A stretch of DNA of 64,000 bases, from contig CAYPZT010000001.1 in assembly GCA_964415435.1 (NCBI GenBank), positions 870 to 64,869 of the forward strand, given 5' to 3'. The stretch comes from an uncultured Gammaproteobacteria bacterium. GTDB taxonomy: Bacteria; Patescibacteriota; Microgenomatia; UBA1406; GWC2-37-13. Positions 52,928 to 62,051 of the stretch are shown here, piece by piece. Every line of letters begins with the position of its first letter. Position 1 is the stretch's first letter. Made by a program: the position numbers and the translations under genes. Below the pieces are notes generated by a model. That model searched no databases. It was not told the origin of the DNA and saw nothing but the letters and a program-made list of their open reading frames with translations.

Positions 52928-54172
52928 ATGAGTACCATAAAAGATATACGAGCCATAGAAATTGTCGACTCTCGCGGCACTCCAACAGTAAAAGCGTACG
53001 TGACTCTCGACGATGGATCCATGGGATATGCCTCTGTCCCATCAGGCGCATCAACCGGTTCACACGAGGCGGTCGAACTCCGTGACAACGACTCCAAAAG
53101 ATATTTTGGAAAGGGGGTCAGACAGGCAGTTGAGAATGTGAATACAACTGTTAAAACAGCTCTCGTTGGGAAAGATGCCGACCCAAGGAAAATTGATGAA
53201 CTATTACTGTCTACTGATGGCACAGAAAACAAAGCGAAGCTCGGCGCTAATGCAACACTCGCAGTTTCGGAAGCCCTTATTCGCGCTCTTGCTTTTTCCC
53301 AAAAAAAACCTTTATGGAACTATATTAACTCTTACTATTTTTCTGGCCAGGAGCCTTCATTTCCTCGTCTTATGGTCAACGTGGTAAACGGAGGAAAACA
53401 CGCAGGATGGAACTTTGATATTCAGGAATTTATGGTAGTTCCGACCTCAAATATTCCCTCCCAGTCTGTCCGTGTTGCCGCTGAGTTGTTTCACGAACTT
53501 GGCGTGTGTCTAAAAAAGGAAAAACTTTCAACCTTGGTTGGTGATGAGGGCGGATATTCGCCGGTACTCTCATCAAACGACGCTGTGTTTCAAACTATCA
53601 TTGATGCCGGTAAACTCATCGGGCATGAAGTTGGTTCTTCTTTTAGTTTTGCGATAGACGCGGCTGCCACCGAATGGCATCATGACGGCCTCTATTTTAT
53701 GAAAAAAACCAACTCAGCTGTTTCTGTTCCAGACCTTATAAAGACATACCTTTCCTATCAGGAAAAATATGGAGTGATCTCTTTTGAAGATCCGTTTGCA
53801 GAGGATGACTGGGAAGCATTTACTGCACTAACCCAAGAACTCGGAAACAAGGCTATTGTGGTTGGTGATGATCTGTTCGTGACAAACGTAAAACGCTTAG
53901 AGAAGGGAATTAATACACATGCCGCCTCAGCAATTCTTATAAAACCGAATCAGATCGGTACGATTAAGGAGACTATTGAGGCGATAGAAACAGCAAGGGC
54001 AGCTCAATACAAAGTCATTATTTCGCACCGGTCGGGTGAGACAGAAGATTCATTTATTGCTGATCTTGCTTATGCATCTGGCGCTGACTTTATAAAAACC
54101 GGCTCCATGTCGCGCTCTGAGAGACTTGCCAAATATAATCGTCTCCTTGAAATTGAACAGTCCGAACTATGA
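52928..54172 (+). CDS. eno: enolase (phosphopyruvate hydratase)
   Basis: IRAIEIVDSRGTPTVKAYV..., SGETED, IKTGS...RSERLAKYN motifs. Confidence 0.97.
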   Translation: MSTIKDIRAIEIVDSRGTPTVKAYVTLDDGSMGYASVPSGASTGSHEAVELRDNDSKRYFGKGVRQAVENVNTTVKTALVGKDADPRKIDELLLSTDGTENKAKLGANATLAVSEALIRALAFSQKKPLWNYINSYYFSGQEPSFPRLMVNVVNGGKHAGWNFDIQEFMVVPTSNIPSQSVRVAAELFHELGVCLKKEKLSTLVGDEGGYSPVLSSNDAVFQTIIDAGKLIGHEVGSSFSFAIDAAATEWHHDGLYFMKKTNSAVSVPDLIKTYLSYQEKYGVISFEDPFAEDDWEAFTALTQELGNKAIVVGDDLFVTNVKRLEKGINTHAASAILIKPNQIGTIKETIEAIETARAAQYKVIISHRSGETEDSFIADLAYASGADFIKTGSMSRSERLAKYNRLLEIEQSEL

Positions 54173-55398
54173 GACCGATTCTTTTTATTATTTTTGACGG
54201 ATTGGGAGATCGACCTATCGCTGAACTTGATGGTAAAACACCCCTTGAAGCAGCAAAAAAACCAAATCTTGACAGACTCGCTGAACTTGGCGTCACCGGT
54301 TTGATCCATACAATCAAAAGGGGCATCAGACCAGGCTCGGACGTTGCCCACCTCTCTCTTTTGGGCTACGATCCGAAGCATAATTATATGGGTCGGGGAC
54401 CATTTGAAGCCGCAGGATACGGACTCAAACTGCAACCAGGTGATATTGCCTTGCGAGGAAATCTGGGGACGGTAAATTCCGAAGGAATCATTACCGATAG
54501 ACGCGCCGGCAGAATCGATTCTTCAGCACCATTTGCAGAAATGATAAATGGACTCACTATTGATGGTGTCACAGTAATCGCACAGCCGGGTATCAATCAC
54601 CGTATTGCCATAGCTCTTCGTGGTCCAGGACTCTCAGATAAAGTTAGCGATGTTGACCCTCATTTGGTTGATCAACCTATTCTTACAGCAGCCTCGTTAG
54701 ACGACTCTAAAGAAGCTGCGCACACCGCGGTCGTAATCAATAAACTTGTGGCAAAGGCGCGCACTCTCTTTGAGTCCCATCCTATAAATAAGGAGCGACG
54801 CGAAAGTGGTAAACCAGTTGCAAATGCTTTACTTCTTCGTGGAGCAGGACAGATGAAAGACATAAAACCATTTCATGAAGTATATGGGTTAAAAGCAGCG
54901 TGTGTTGCCGGTGGCGGACTCTATAAAGGCATTGCTCGTATTTTAGGAATGGATGTTTATGAGGTTTCAGGAGCAACAGGAAAAGCCAATACAGATGCTG
55001 TCGCGAAAACGAATAAAGCGCTTGAACTTTTGAAAAAATATGACTTTGTGTTTCTTCATTTTAAAGCAACCGATAGCTTGGCTGAAGATGGGAAGGCACT
55101 TGAGAAAAGAAACTTTATAGAAAAGGTTGACGCCACATTCGCTCCTCTTGTACCATTAGTTGAAAAGAAAGATATTATTGTGTCTGTTACAGGCGATCAT
55201 ACCACCTCTTCAGAACTCAAACTTCATACTGCTGATGAAGTACCCATACTCATCACAGGCTACGGCACCCGTACCGATGCAGTTAAAACATTCGGTGAAC
55301 GACCTTGCCAGAGTGGTGGCTTAGGACACATGGAAGGCAAGAACCTCATCGACTTTCTTATGAACTTACGAGGACAACTTGTGATGTACGGTAACTAG
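54169..55398 (+). CDS. apgM: 2,3-bisphosphoglycerate-independent phosphoglycerate mutase, archaeal type
   Basis: ILFIIFDGLGDRP, GSDVAHLSLLGYDP, TGDHTT motifs; ATGA overlap with eno. Confidence 0.9.
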   Translation: MRPILFIIFDGLGDRPIAELDGKTPLEAAKKPNLDRLAELGVTGLIHTIKRGIRPGSDVAHLSLLGYDPKHNYMGRGPFEAAGYGLKLQPGDIALRGNLGTVNSEGIITDRRAGRIDSSAPFAEMINGLTIDGVTVIAQPGINHRIAIALRGPGLSDKVSDVDPHLVDQPILTAASLDDSKEAAHTAVVINKLVAKARTLFESHPINKERRESGKPVANALLLRGAGQMKDIKPFHEVYGLKAACVAGGGLYKGIARILGMDVYEVSGATGKANTDAVAKTNKALELLKKYDFVFLHFKATDSLAEDGKALEKRNFIEKVDATFAPLVPLVEKKDIIVSVTGDHTTSSELKLHTADEVPILITGYGTRTDAVKTFGERPCQSGGLGHMEGKNLIDFLMNLRGQLVMYGN

Positions 55399-57092
55399 GG
55401 AAATAAAAGACTTGCTAATGAAGGATTCTGTACAAGAGCTACTATGTCCTGCGTATCCAAATGACCATCAGGATAGAAATCAAGGGGTATCATAAACGGG
55501 AATTTAATCTCATTATTTTCTTTCCGAAATCGTACAAATGTCTGTCGAGGCAAATAATATCTCTTAAGAAGGACCGCCCGATAGCGTGGTCCAAGCGCTA
55601 TGTTCTGAATATTATGTACCGTCGCCTTCCCATTAGCCACCCCTACGCGTTTCTGCTCAAAGACGAGATCCTCATTTCCATCAAATACTTGAAAGGTAAA
55701 ATCATCGCCCACTGTCCTAAGTTTTGGATACAGGACGGCATTGAACGTAAGACTGGGCCATGGTACTTTTTCATAGGTCCATAATACGTCTTTCCCTATC
55801 TGCTCTTCACCATGGAACAGCACAATTGGCACACTTTGTTTACCGAGAGATTTATCTGTTTTCAGATAGACGTCTACGACAGCTTCGTCGAAAGGCCGCA
55901 CTCTCCTTAGATCTGAAAAAAAATACTCACCGGGGAAACTTTCTGCAAATGCGATTTTATAACCCTCATCACGATCCCAGATCGACTGTCCTACATTTTG
56001 AACCGTAAACTGAAAATGAAATTCCGACTCAACAGTAAGTTCCTTCGGCAGATCAATACGGAAACGAATCTGTTCCACCTGTTCCGGACTGCCTTTTGTT
56101 TTAGATAGGGCTTGTGCCTCGGTGTACTGTGGATAAAAATATGTGCCGCCTGGCTGTTGCCAAGAAAACTGCAAAAACGGTTCAGACTGATAATTGAGGA
56201 TGAAAGGCGTCACTGCACGTACACGCCTGTCCTGTTCCCATACATTTTCATAGACGTCCCGTAAATAACTTCCTATTACATCTCGCGACACACTATTACT
56301 ACTCCACCCTGTTTCCGTGATAAATACCGGCATTTCCTTTTCTATCCCCAGACTTTTTAGCAGTGACAGCTCCCATTCATAGGTGCGAACTGTGCCTCTG
56401 CCCTGCGCTGCCGGGCTTCCTGCAAATGCTGGATTCGGATATGAGTGAGAGCTTAGACCATCAAATAAATTCTCAAATGTTTCGTCTCCCATATGTGAAA
56501 CAACTTGCGTAAGATACACGTCTTCACTTTCATAATTAGGCAGAGACGAAGGGGCGGAAGCATCTAATCCGCCCAGCATGATGAAGTAGTCGCTATTTCT
56601 CCTTTTTAGCTCTTCCGCAAATCGTTTCGAAATATCTGCGAAACTTACCGGATCGACCGCTCCACCCCATTCGGTAGCATGATTTGTTTCGTTAAAAAGG
56701 ACTATATACCGGTCCTTTACAACCCAGTGGAGCGAGTCAAGAAAGTTCGCCCACGAAACTGCATCCTCTATGTTGGGACGACGCCAATTCGCCCCTTCAG
56801 GGTTTGTAGCAATACGAACAATGGGAATGAGCCTCTTCTCGCGAAGACTATTGAAGACAGACTGCCACTTACCCTTATCGCGATCGTTCTCCTGGATGAC
56901 GAGCGTGACATATCCCCAGTCGCCTCCTGAAGAATTCACAAGTCTTGCCGCATTTTGTATATCTTCATCTGAAGGCTGTGCCAGATGGATGCCATGTATG
57001 TTATTGGGTCGTGCCTGATCCAAGGCTAAAACAGGTCGGCAAACAACACATGCGATACACACAGCTATAAAAAATGCGGGTATATTTTTCAT
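55395..57092 (-). CDS. secreted clan GH-A-like glycoside hydrolase with C-terminal beta-rich domains
   Basis: Signal peptide; LFNETNH (acid/base NE) and VFITETGW (nucleophile E) in (beta/alpha)8-like spacing. Family not assigned. ATG 57092 preferred to TTG 57095. Confidence 0.7.
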   Translation of the reverse strand: MKNIPAFFIAVCIACVVCRPVLALDQARPNNIHGIHLAQPSDEDIQNAARLVNSSGGDWGYVTLVIQENDRDKGKWQSVFNSLREKRLIPIVRIATNPEGANWRRPNIEDAVSWANFLDSLHWVVKDRYIVLFNETNHATEWGGAVDPVSFADISKRFAEELKRRNSDYFIMLGGLDASAPSSLPNYESEDVYLTQVVSHMGDETFENLFDGLSSHSYPNPAFAGSPAAQGRGTVRTYEWELSLLKSLGIEKEMPVFITETGWSSNSVSRDVIGSYLRDVYENVWEQDRRVRAVTPFILNYQSEPFLQFSWQQPGGTYFYPQYTEAQALSKTKGSPEQVEQIRFRIDLPKELTVESEFHFQFTVQNVGQSIWDRDEGYKIAFAESFPGEYFFSDLRRVRPFDEAVVDVYLKTDKSLGKQSVPIVLFHGEEQIGKDVLWTYEKVPWPSLTFNAVLYPKLRTVGDDFTFQVFDGNEDLVFEQKRVGVANGKATVHNIQNIALGPRYRAVLLKRYYLPRQTFVRFRKENNEIKFPFMIPLDFYPDGHLDTQDIVALVQNPSLASLLFP

Positions 57093-57225
57093 CAAGAGCC
57101 TTAGAACAATATATTCTTTCGTGAAACGAGTAATTTCATTATACCAAAGATAGCTGGACTATAACTTGACATGTTTCATTTTTTTTAATAGCGTGAAAGT
57201 ATATGAGAGGGGGTGATCACAATCT

Positions 57226-57441
57226 ATGATGGAAAATAAACCTCTTCATTTGCTTACGTATGTTTTGGTAATAGTCGGCGCTCTCAACTGGGGTTTGGTA
57301 GGACTTTTTGATTTCAATCTCGTGAACATGCTTTTGGGTTCCTGGCCGGCTGTTGAGCGAATTGTATACATATTAGTTGGCGTCTCGGCAGTATACGACT
57401 TCGTGGCTCACATGAAATATTGTAAGCACTGTTCAAAGTAA
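57226..57441 (+). CDS. DUF378 family membrane protein
   Basis: LVIVGALNWGLVGLFDFNLV signature; SD GAGAGGGGGTGA upstream. Confidence 0.85.
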   Translation: MMENKPLHLLTYVLVIVGALNWGLVGLFDFNLVNMLLGSWPAVERIVYILVGVSAVYDFVAHMKYCKHCSK

Positions 57442-57680
57442 CGACAGCATTTTTAGAAGAAGAGGTTATCTTTATACTTTTCCTTTTAAAAAGGACTGCT
57501 TTTTGTGTTCCGGGAATCGCTCAATTGCGTATCGGATATTGTCCCTGTGTTTGAAACTATAACTCCAATAAATATGCTGCTTTGTATATTGTCTTTTCTT
57601 TGTTTTAAAAAGTCTTGCAAAGGTTTTGGTACGTTTTTGATTGATCGGCTTATGAAGAGAAGAGAGCATGGATAGCTTTG

Positions 57681-57754
57681 TCGGGGCGGCGAGACTTGAA
57701 CTCGCGACCTTACGCACCCCATGCGTACATTCTAGCCATCTGAACTACGCCCCG
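57681..57754 (-). tRNA. tRNA-Pro (GGG)
   Basis: Hand-folded: acceptor CGGGGCG/CGCCCCG, D arm GTTC-AGATGGCTA-GAAT, anticodon arm TACGC-ATGGGGT-GCGTA (G37), T arm GCGAG-TTCAAGT-CTCGC, discriminator A; 74 nt. Confidence 0.92.
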
Positions 57755-57825
57755 ATTACTCAGATTATACTATTTTTCAGCCTTAAAATGCGCTATAATC
57801 AGAAATATTTCAGAACACTTGCAAA

Positions 57826-58581
57826 ATGACCATTAAAATTCTACAGCTCAACATCCTGAAAGGTAAGTATTTACCCCTTATAGTGGCCTATATTCAAAAA
57901 CAGAGGTTCGATGTAGTAACGATGCAGGAGGTGACCGGCGGCACATTTACGCTGGGCGAAAAAGATATATTTACTACCTTAAAAAGCTCCCTCTCTATGC
58001 ATGGCGAGATGGTGCAGGATATCCACAATCCAGGGACAGACAACTACTACGGCTCGGCGATCCTGTTTTCTGACACCTTTAAATTGACAAGAAAAGATAT
58101 TGTCAGAGTGGCGCCTGTTGCGGACATCAACATTACCAAACAGGCTGAGTGGAAAGAGATCAAGCGCTCCGCCATCTCTCTTGCATTAAAAAAGGGTGAA
58201 AAAGAGTTTAATATCGTTACAACCCACGGCGCATGGAGCAATTCGCCCTACGATAGTCCTGATAAGATTGATCAGGCCAAACGCATATCGGACTATCTCC
58301 TGACCCTTACAAACCCTTTTATTTTCACAGGAGATCTCAATGTTGTTTCGGAAACCGAAGTCGTACGGCTTTATGAACGCGCCGGCAGTAACCTATCGAA
58401 GCGCTACGGCGTCACAAATACCCTAAACCCCCGGACACACTATGTGAAAAAGCTTTTTCCCCCAGGGCTTGCCGTTGACTTCATATTTGCTTCTTCACAG
58501 GTAAACGTAATGCAGTTTTCCGTCATCGAAACACCCGATCTTTCGGATCATTTTGGCCTTAGCGCTACGGTTGAGCTATAA
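57826..58581 (+). CDS. endonuclease/exonuclease/phosphatase (EEP) family protein
   Basis: ILQLNI...QEV N-terminal block, GDLN, C-terminal SDHFGL. Confidence 0.85.
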   Translation: MTIKILQLNILKGKYLPLIVAYIQKQRFDVVTMQEVTGGTFTLGEKDIFTTLKSSLSMHGEMVQDIHNPGTDNYYGSAILFSDTFKLTRKDIVRVAPVADINITKQAEWKEIKRSAISLALKKGEKEFNIVTTHGAWSNSPYDSPDKIDQAKRISDYLLTLTNPFIFTGDLNVVSETEVVRLYERAGSNLSKRYGVTNTLNPRTHYVKKLFPPGLAVDFIFASSQVNVMQFSVIETPDLSDHFGLSATVEL

Positions 58582-58590
58582 TGATAGTCC

Positions 58591-60270
58591 GTGACTAAAC
58601 TTCCATACATCAAAAAAGGGTATTCCGCAAACATGCGCTTTGCCGATGAGCATGAGTACTCTCCGCATCTTACTTTTTTTTTGTTTCTTTTGGTCATCGG
58701 TATTTCGTTTTTTTTTCTTTTCGTGAGGCTTTTTCAGCTTACCGTCGTAAAGGGAAGCTATTACCGGCGACTGGCGGAAAGCAATCGCATTCGAGAAATT
58801 ATTATAGAGCCACGGCGCGGCATGATTCTTGACAGAAAAGGCGTGACGCTCGTCCAGAATGATGCACCGAATCTCACGTCCCTTGAAGCTCGCCTGCCCT
58901 CGAAACGCGTGTATCAGTCTCCTCAAGAAGCACTCGCCCCCGTCATCGGCTACCGTCAGATCGCAAACGAAGAAGATCTTGCGAACGATCCTTGCATAAA
59001 CAAACTCACTCTGGGAGATAAGGTTGGTAAAAAAGGCATCGAAAAACTGTATGACTGCCAGCTTCGAGGTATGTATGGGAAAAAAATGGTTGAGGTAGAT
59101 GCACACGGTGAAATACTCCGTACCATAAATGTACAGCCGGCGAAGGACGGCGAAACGCTCAAGCTTGCGATTGATTGGGAACTCCAGAAAAAGGCGTATG
59201 AGCTTATTAAAGACAAGCGTGGTGCTGTGGTTGCGCTCAAACCCGATACTGGTGAGATCCTTGCGATGGTTTCTTCCCCAACCTATGACCCCCAAGCTTT
59301 TGAAGATGGGCTCACAGATCAGACCACCGCGTATATTAAGGATGAAAATAAGCCGCTATTTAACAGGGCAACGGAAGGCGTCTACCCGCCTGGGTCCGTT
59401 TTCAAACTTGCCGTCGCTCTGGGTGCTCTTGAGGAGAAAAAGATAACTGAGAAAACGGTTATAGAAGACACCGGTACTCTTAAGGCAGGTTCGCTGTCCT
59501 TTGGCAACTGGTATTACCTGCAGTACGGAAAAACTGATGGTGAGGTCAACATCACCAAGGCCATCCGCCGGTCGAACGACATATTCTTCTACAAAACTGG
59601 CGATCTTTTGGGCCCAGACAATATTAAGAAGTGGGCTGAGCGGCTGGGGTTCGGCCAAAAAACGGGAGTGGGACTTGAGGAGGCGGAGGGTACTGTTCCA
59701 TCCCCTTTTTGGAAAAGGGAGGTTCTTAATGAAGGCTGGTATACAGGAGACACCTATAACTTTTCGATCGGTCAGGGATATACACTCGTCACACCGCTTC
59801 AGGTTGCCCTCTCAACCCAGACAATAGCCAATGAAGGTCGCCTCTGTAAACCACAGCTTCTTAAGGATGTTGAACCGGAATGTAAACAACTGCCTGTTTC
59901 AGCACATACTCTTCTTTTTGTAAGGGAGGGGATGCTTGAGGCATGTGCCCCGGGAGGCACCGGCTGGCCGCTTTTTGATTTTAAGATCCGCCCGGCAAGT
60001 GCCGGACCCGCACCGACAACTTCTCCCGAAAGTTCAACATCTGCAGATCTTCGTGGCGCCACTATCCCTATCCAAGTTGCATGTAAAACCGGCACTGCCG
60101 AGTCTAACTCCGAAGAAGACATTCCTCATGCATGGTTTACTGCATATGCACCATACAAGGATCCGGAGATTGTACTTTCTGTTCTTATAGAGGAATCTGG
60201 GCAAGGCTCGGACATCGCCGGACCTATCGTGCGGGATATTTTAACCTCCTATTTCGAACGGGATGAATGA
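58591..60270 (+). CDS. mrdA: penicillin-binding protein 2 (class B transpeptidase)
   Basis: N-terminal anchor, dimerisation domain, SxxK (GSVFKL), SxN (RSNDIFF), KTGT (CKTGTAE); GTG start. Confidence 0.9.
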   Translation: MTKLPYIKKGYSANMRFADEHEYSPHLTFFLFLLVIGISFFFLFVRLFQLTVVKGSYYRRLAESNRIREIIIEPRRGMILDRKGVTLVQNDAPNLTSLEARLPSKRVYQSPQEALAPVIGYRQIANEEDLANDPCINKLTLGDKVGKKGIEKLYDCQLRGMYGKKMVEVDAHGEILRTINVQPAKDGETLKLAIDWELQKKAYELIKDKRGAVVALKPDTGEILAMVSSPTYDPQAFEDGLTDQTTAYIKDENKPLFNRATEGVYPPGSVFKLAVALGALEEKKITEKTVIEDTGTLKAGSLSFGNWYYLQYGKTDGEVNITKAIRRSNDIFFYKTGDLLGPDNIKKWAERLGFGQKTGVGLEEAEGTVPSPFWKREVLNEGWYTGDTYNFSIGQGYTLVTPLQVALSTQTIANEGRLCKPQLLKDVEPECKQLPVSAHTLLFVREGMLEACAPGGTGWPLFDFKIRPASAGPAPTTSPESSTSADLRGATIPIQVACKTGTAESNSEEDIPHAWFTAYAPYKDPEIVLSVLIEESGQGSDIAGPIVRDILTSYFERDE

Positions 60271-60314
60271 TTGGGACTTGAAAAAATAAAAAGATTGTAT
60301 AATATAGACAAAGA

Positions 60315-60878
60315 ATGAAAGTCTTTTTCACTGCTTCACAACGTGGCAAAAAAGAGTTTGGACCACATTATCTCTCTATTCAAAAAGGAATTAAAGCTGC
60401 TGGATATACCCTCATCGAAGATGATATTGCAAGTACTGCTCCCAACAAACTTTATGACGATCTTGAGGGTGGCGGACAAAAAGCAAGTGTCGATTTTTAC
60501 AAAAACAAGCTTGAAAAGATAGAAAAAGCTGATATGAATGTTTTCGAGTGTAGTACTCACAGCCTTTCGATTGGTTTTGTTATTGAAAAATCGTTACAGG
60601 CCAACAAGCCCACCATCGTCCTTTACTACAAAGATCTCATCCCTTATTTCTTGACCGGCAGTGAAGATGAAAAACTTCTCCTTAAAAGCTATGATGATAA
60701 TAACCTTACATCTGTTCTAAACAACTCGCTGACTCTAGCCCGTGAAAGGAGGGATAAACGCTTCAACTTCTTTATAAGTCCCAAACTGCTGGAGTATCTC
60801 GAGAAAACCAGTAAAGAACAGGGTGTTACGAAGTCCAAATTCATCCGCAATCTCATACTTGCCCATATGAAGAAATAA
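60315..60878 (+). CDS. nucleoside 2-deoxyribosyltransferase-like domain fused to a C-terminal ribbon-helix-helix domain
   Basis: MKVFFTAS... and KADMNVFECSTHSLSIGFVIEKSLQANKPTIVLY fit the NDT-like Rossmann pattern. KRFNFFISPKLLEYLEKTSKEQGVTKSKFIRNLILAHM is a CopG/Arc-type RHH. Confidence 0.65.
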   Translation: MKVFFTASQRGKKEFGPHYLSIQKGIKAAGYTLIEDDIASTAPNKLYDDLEGGGQKASVDFYKNKLEKIEKADMNVFECSTHSLSIGFVIEKSLQANKPTIVLYYKDLIPYFLTGSEDEKLLLKSYDDNNLTSVLNNSLTLARERRDKRFNFFISPKLLEYLEKTSKEQGVTKSKFIRNLILAHMKK

Positions 60879-60881
60879 GCG

Positions 60882-61802
60882 TTACGCCTCAACTGCTTCA
60901 AATACAAGCCACGCTTGACAGTTGGTAGTTAACTTCTCTTTTTCAAACCCCTCAAGGATTACCTTTTTTAGTCGAAAGCCATTTTTTCTCATAATCCCTT
61001 CCCACTCTGGTATCGTTCGGAAGGTAAAAGGAAAGTTAATATCCAGGTGACCAAAAACTATGGCGTTAGCAAAAAAGTCCTTCAGAATGAGCGCTCGCTT
61101 CTGGTCCTCCACTGAAAAACGCAGAAATTCTGCAAGCAGGGGTTGTGCTCTTTTCTTTTTTTTGAGTCCTGACAGGTTTGGGGGGATATTGTATGTATCC
61201 TCCTCAATTATGAGATGTTTACATGTCAGTCTTCGAAGTTCTTTTAAGACCGTTTCTATCTTATCTTCGTTTATGTGGTGAAGCACTGTTTTGGCGATTG
61301 TGGTATCAATCGATGCGCTTGGTATGGGGACCGTCGTCTTGTCGATCATTTCGTAAAAAGGCATGTTTTGCGCTTCCGGAATACGATAATGAAGTATGTC
61401 GGTGGTAATAAGTTTGTGCCCGTGCCTCGCCACTTCAAGCGCTAGAAAACCGGCACCACATCCAAAGTCTAGAACGTTTTTCCCCTGTACATATTGCCCA
61501 ATCAACTGGAAATCCTTGGACGGACGAATATCCTTTTTATACGTAAAATACATTTGATTAAACCAAAAAAGTGGGTCGTCTTTACCAAAGATCTCAAAGT
61601 GAATCGTGCGGGCAATTTTTATGAGAGAGCGTACTTTTGCTTTTTTCAGAAGGGTAAACGCGTTGTCAAGCATTTCGTTTACCTCCTCTTCATGCGACTT
61701 AAAATAAGCGCAATAGTTTTCCTTAAATGAGGCTTTTACAAACTGCAATACATGAGGACTGCGTATTGCTCTGATAAGCTCCGTTTTCTCTTTCGCTTTC
61801 AT
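60882..61802 (-). CDS. class I SAM-dependent methyltransferase with ~100-aa N-terminal extension
   Basis: Motif I VLDFGCGAGFLALEV; ...KHLIIEED. Confidence 0.85.
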   Translation of the reverse strand: MKAKEKTELIRAIRSPHVLQFVKASFKENYCAYFKSHEEEVNEMLDNAFTLLKKAKVRSLIKIARTIHFEIFGKDDPLFWFNQMYFTYKKDIRPSKDFQLIGQYVQGKNVLDFGCGAGFLALEVARHGHKLITTDILHYRIPEAQNMPFYEMIDKTTVPIPSASIDTTIAKTVLHHINEDKIETVLKELRRLTCKHLIIEEDTYNIPPNLSGLKKKKRAQPLLAEFLRFSVEDQKRALILKDFFANAIVFGHLDINFPFTFRTIPEWEGIMRKNGFRLKKVILEGFEKEKLTTNCQAWLVFEAVEA

Positions 61803-62017
61803 ACTAATATTGTGTGCAATTATAGCTTATTTTCTTTAGAATCCTATGGTCACTTCCTATTTGGACCATGTAAAAAGACCCATAGCATAATATGCTAGAT
61901 TTTTTAACAATTTTCTTTACTATGAAAATATATAGGCTTTTCTGGAGCCTGTTGGTGTAGTTCTTTTGATTATACCTATAGTATGTATCTGGTATGTATG
62001 GAGCCTTTTGCAAGGCT

Positions 62018-62045
62018 TTGACTTTCCTGAAAAATAGCTTATAAT
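62018..62045 (+). promoter_or_regulatory. sigma70-type promoter TTGACT-16-TATAAT, 6 nt before ATG 62052 (leaderless geometry)
   Basis: TTGACT 62018-62023, TATAAT 62040-62045. Confidence 0.6.
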
Positions 62046-62051
62046 ATTGTT

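Noticed and set aside
57472-57722. Two overlapping ~80-aa minus-strand ORFs
   Set aside because: Their 5' parts run through tRNA-Pro (57681..57754). A residual 65-aa very basic ORF from ATG 57669 is possible, but it has no promoter or SD and starts 12 nt after the tRNA, so I do not call it.
58576-59295. 239-aa minus-strand ORF
   Set aside because: It is fully antisense to the N-terminal half of PBP2, which has unambiguous SxxK/SxN/KTG motifs, and it has no motifs of its own.
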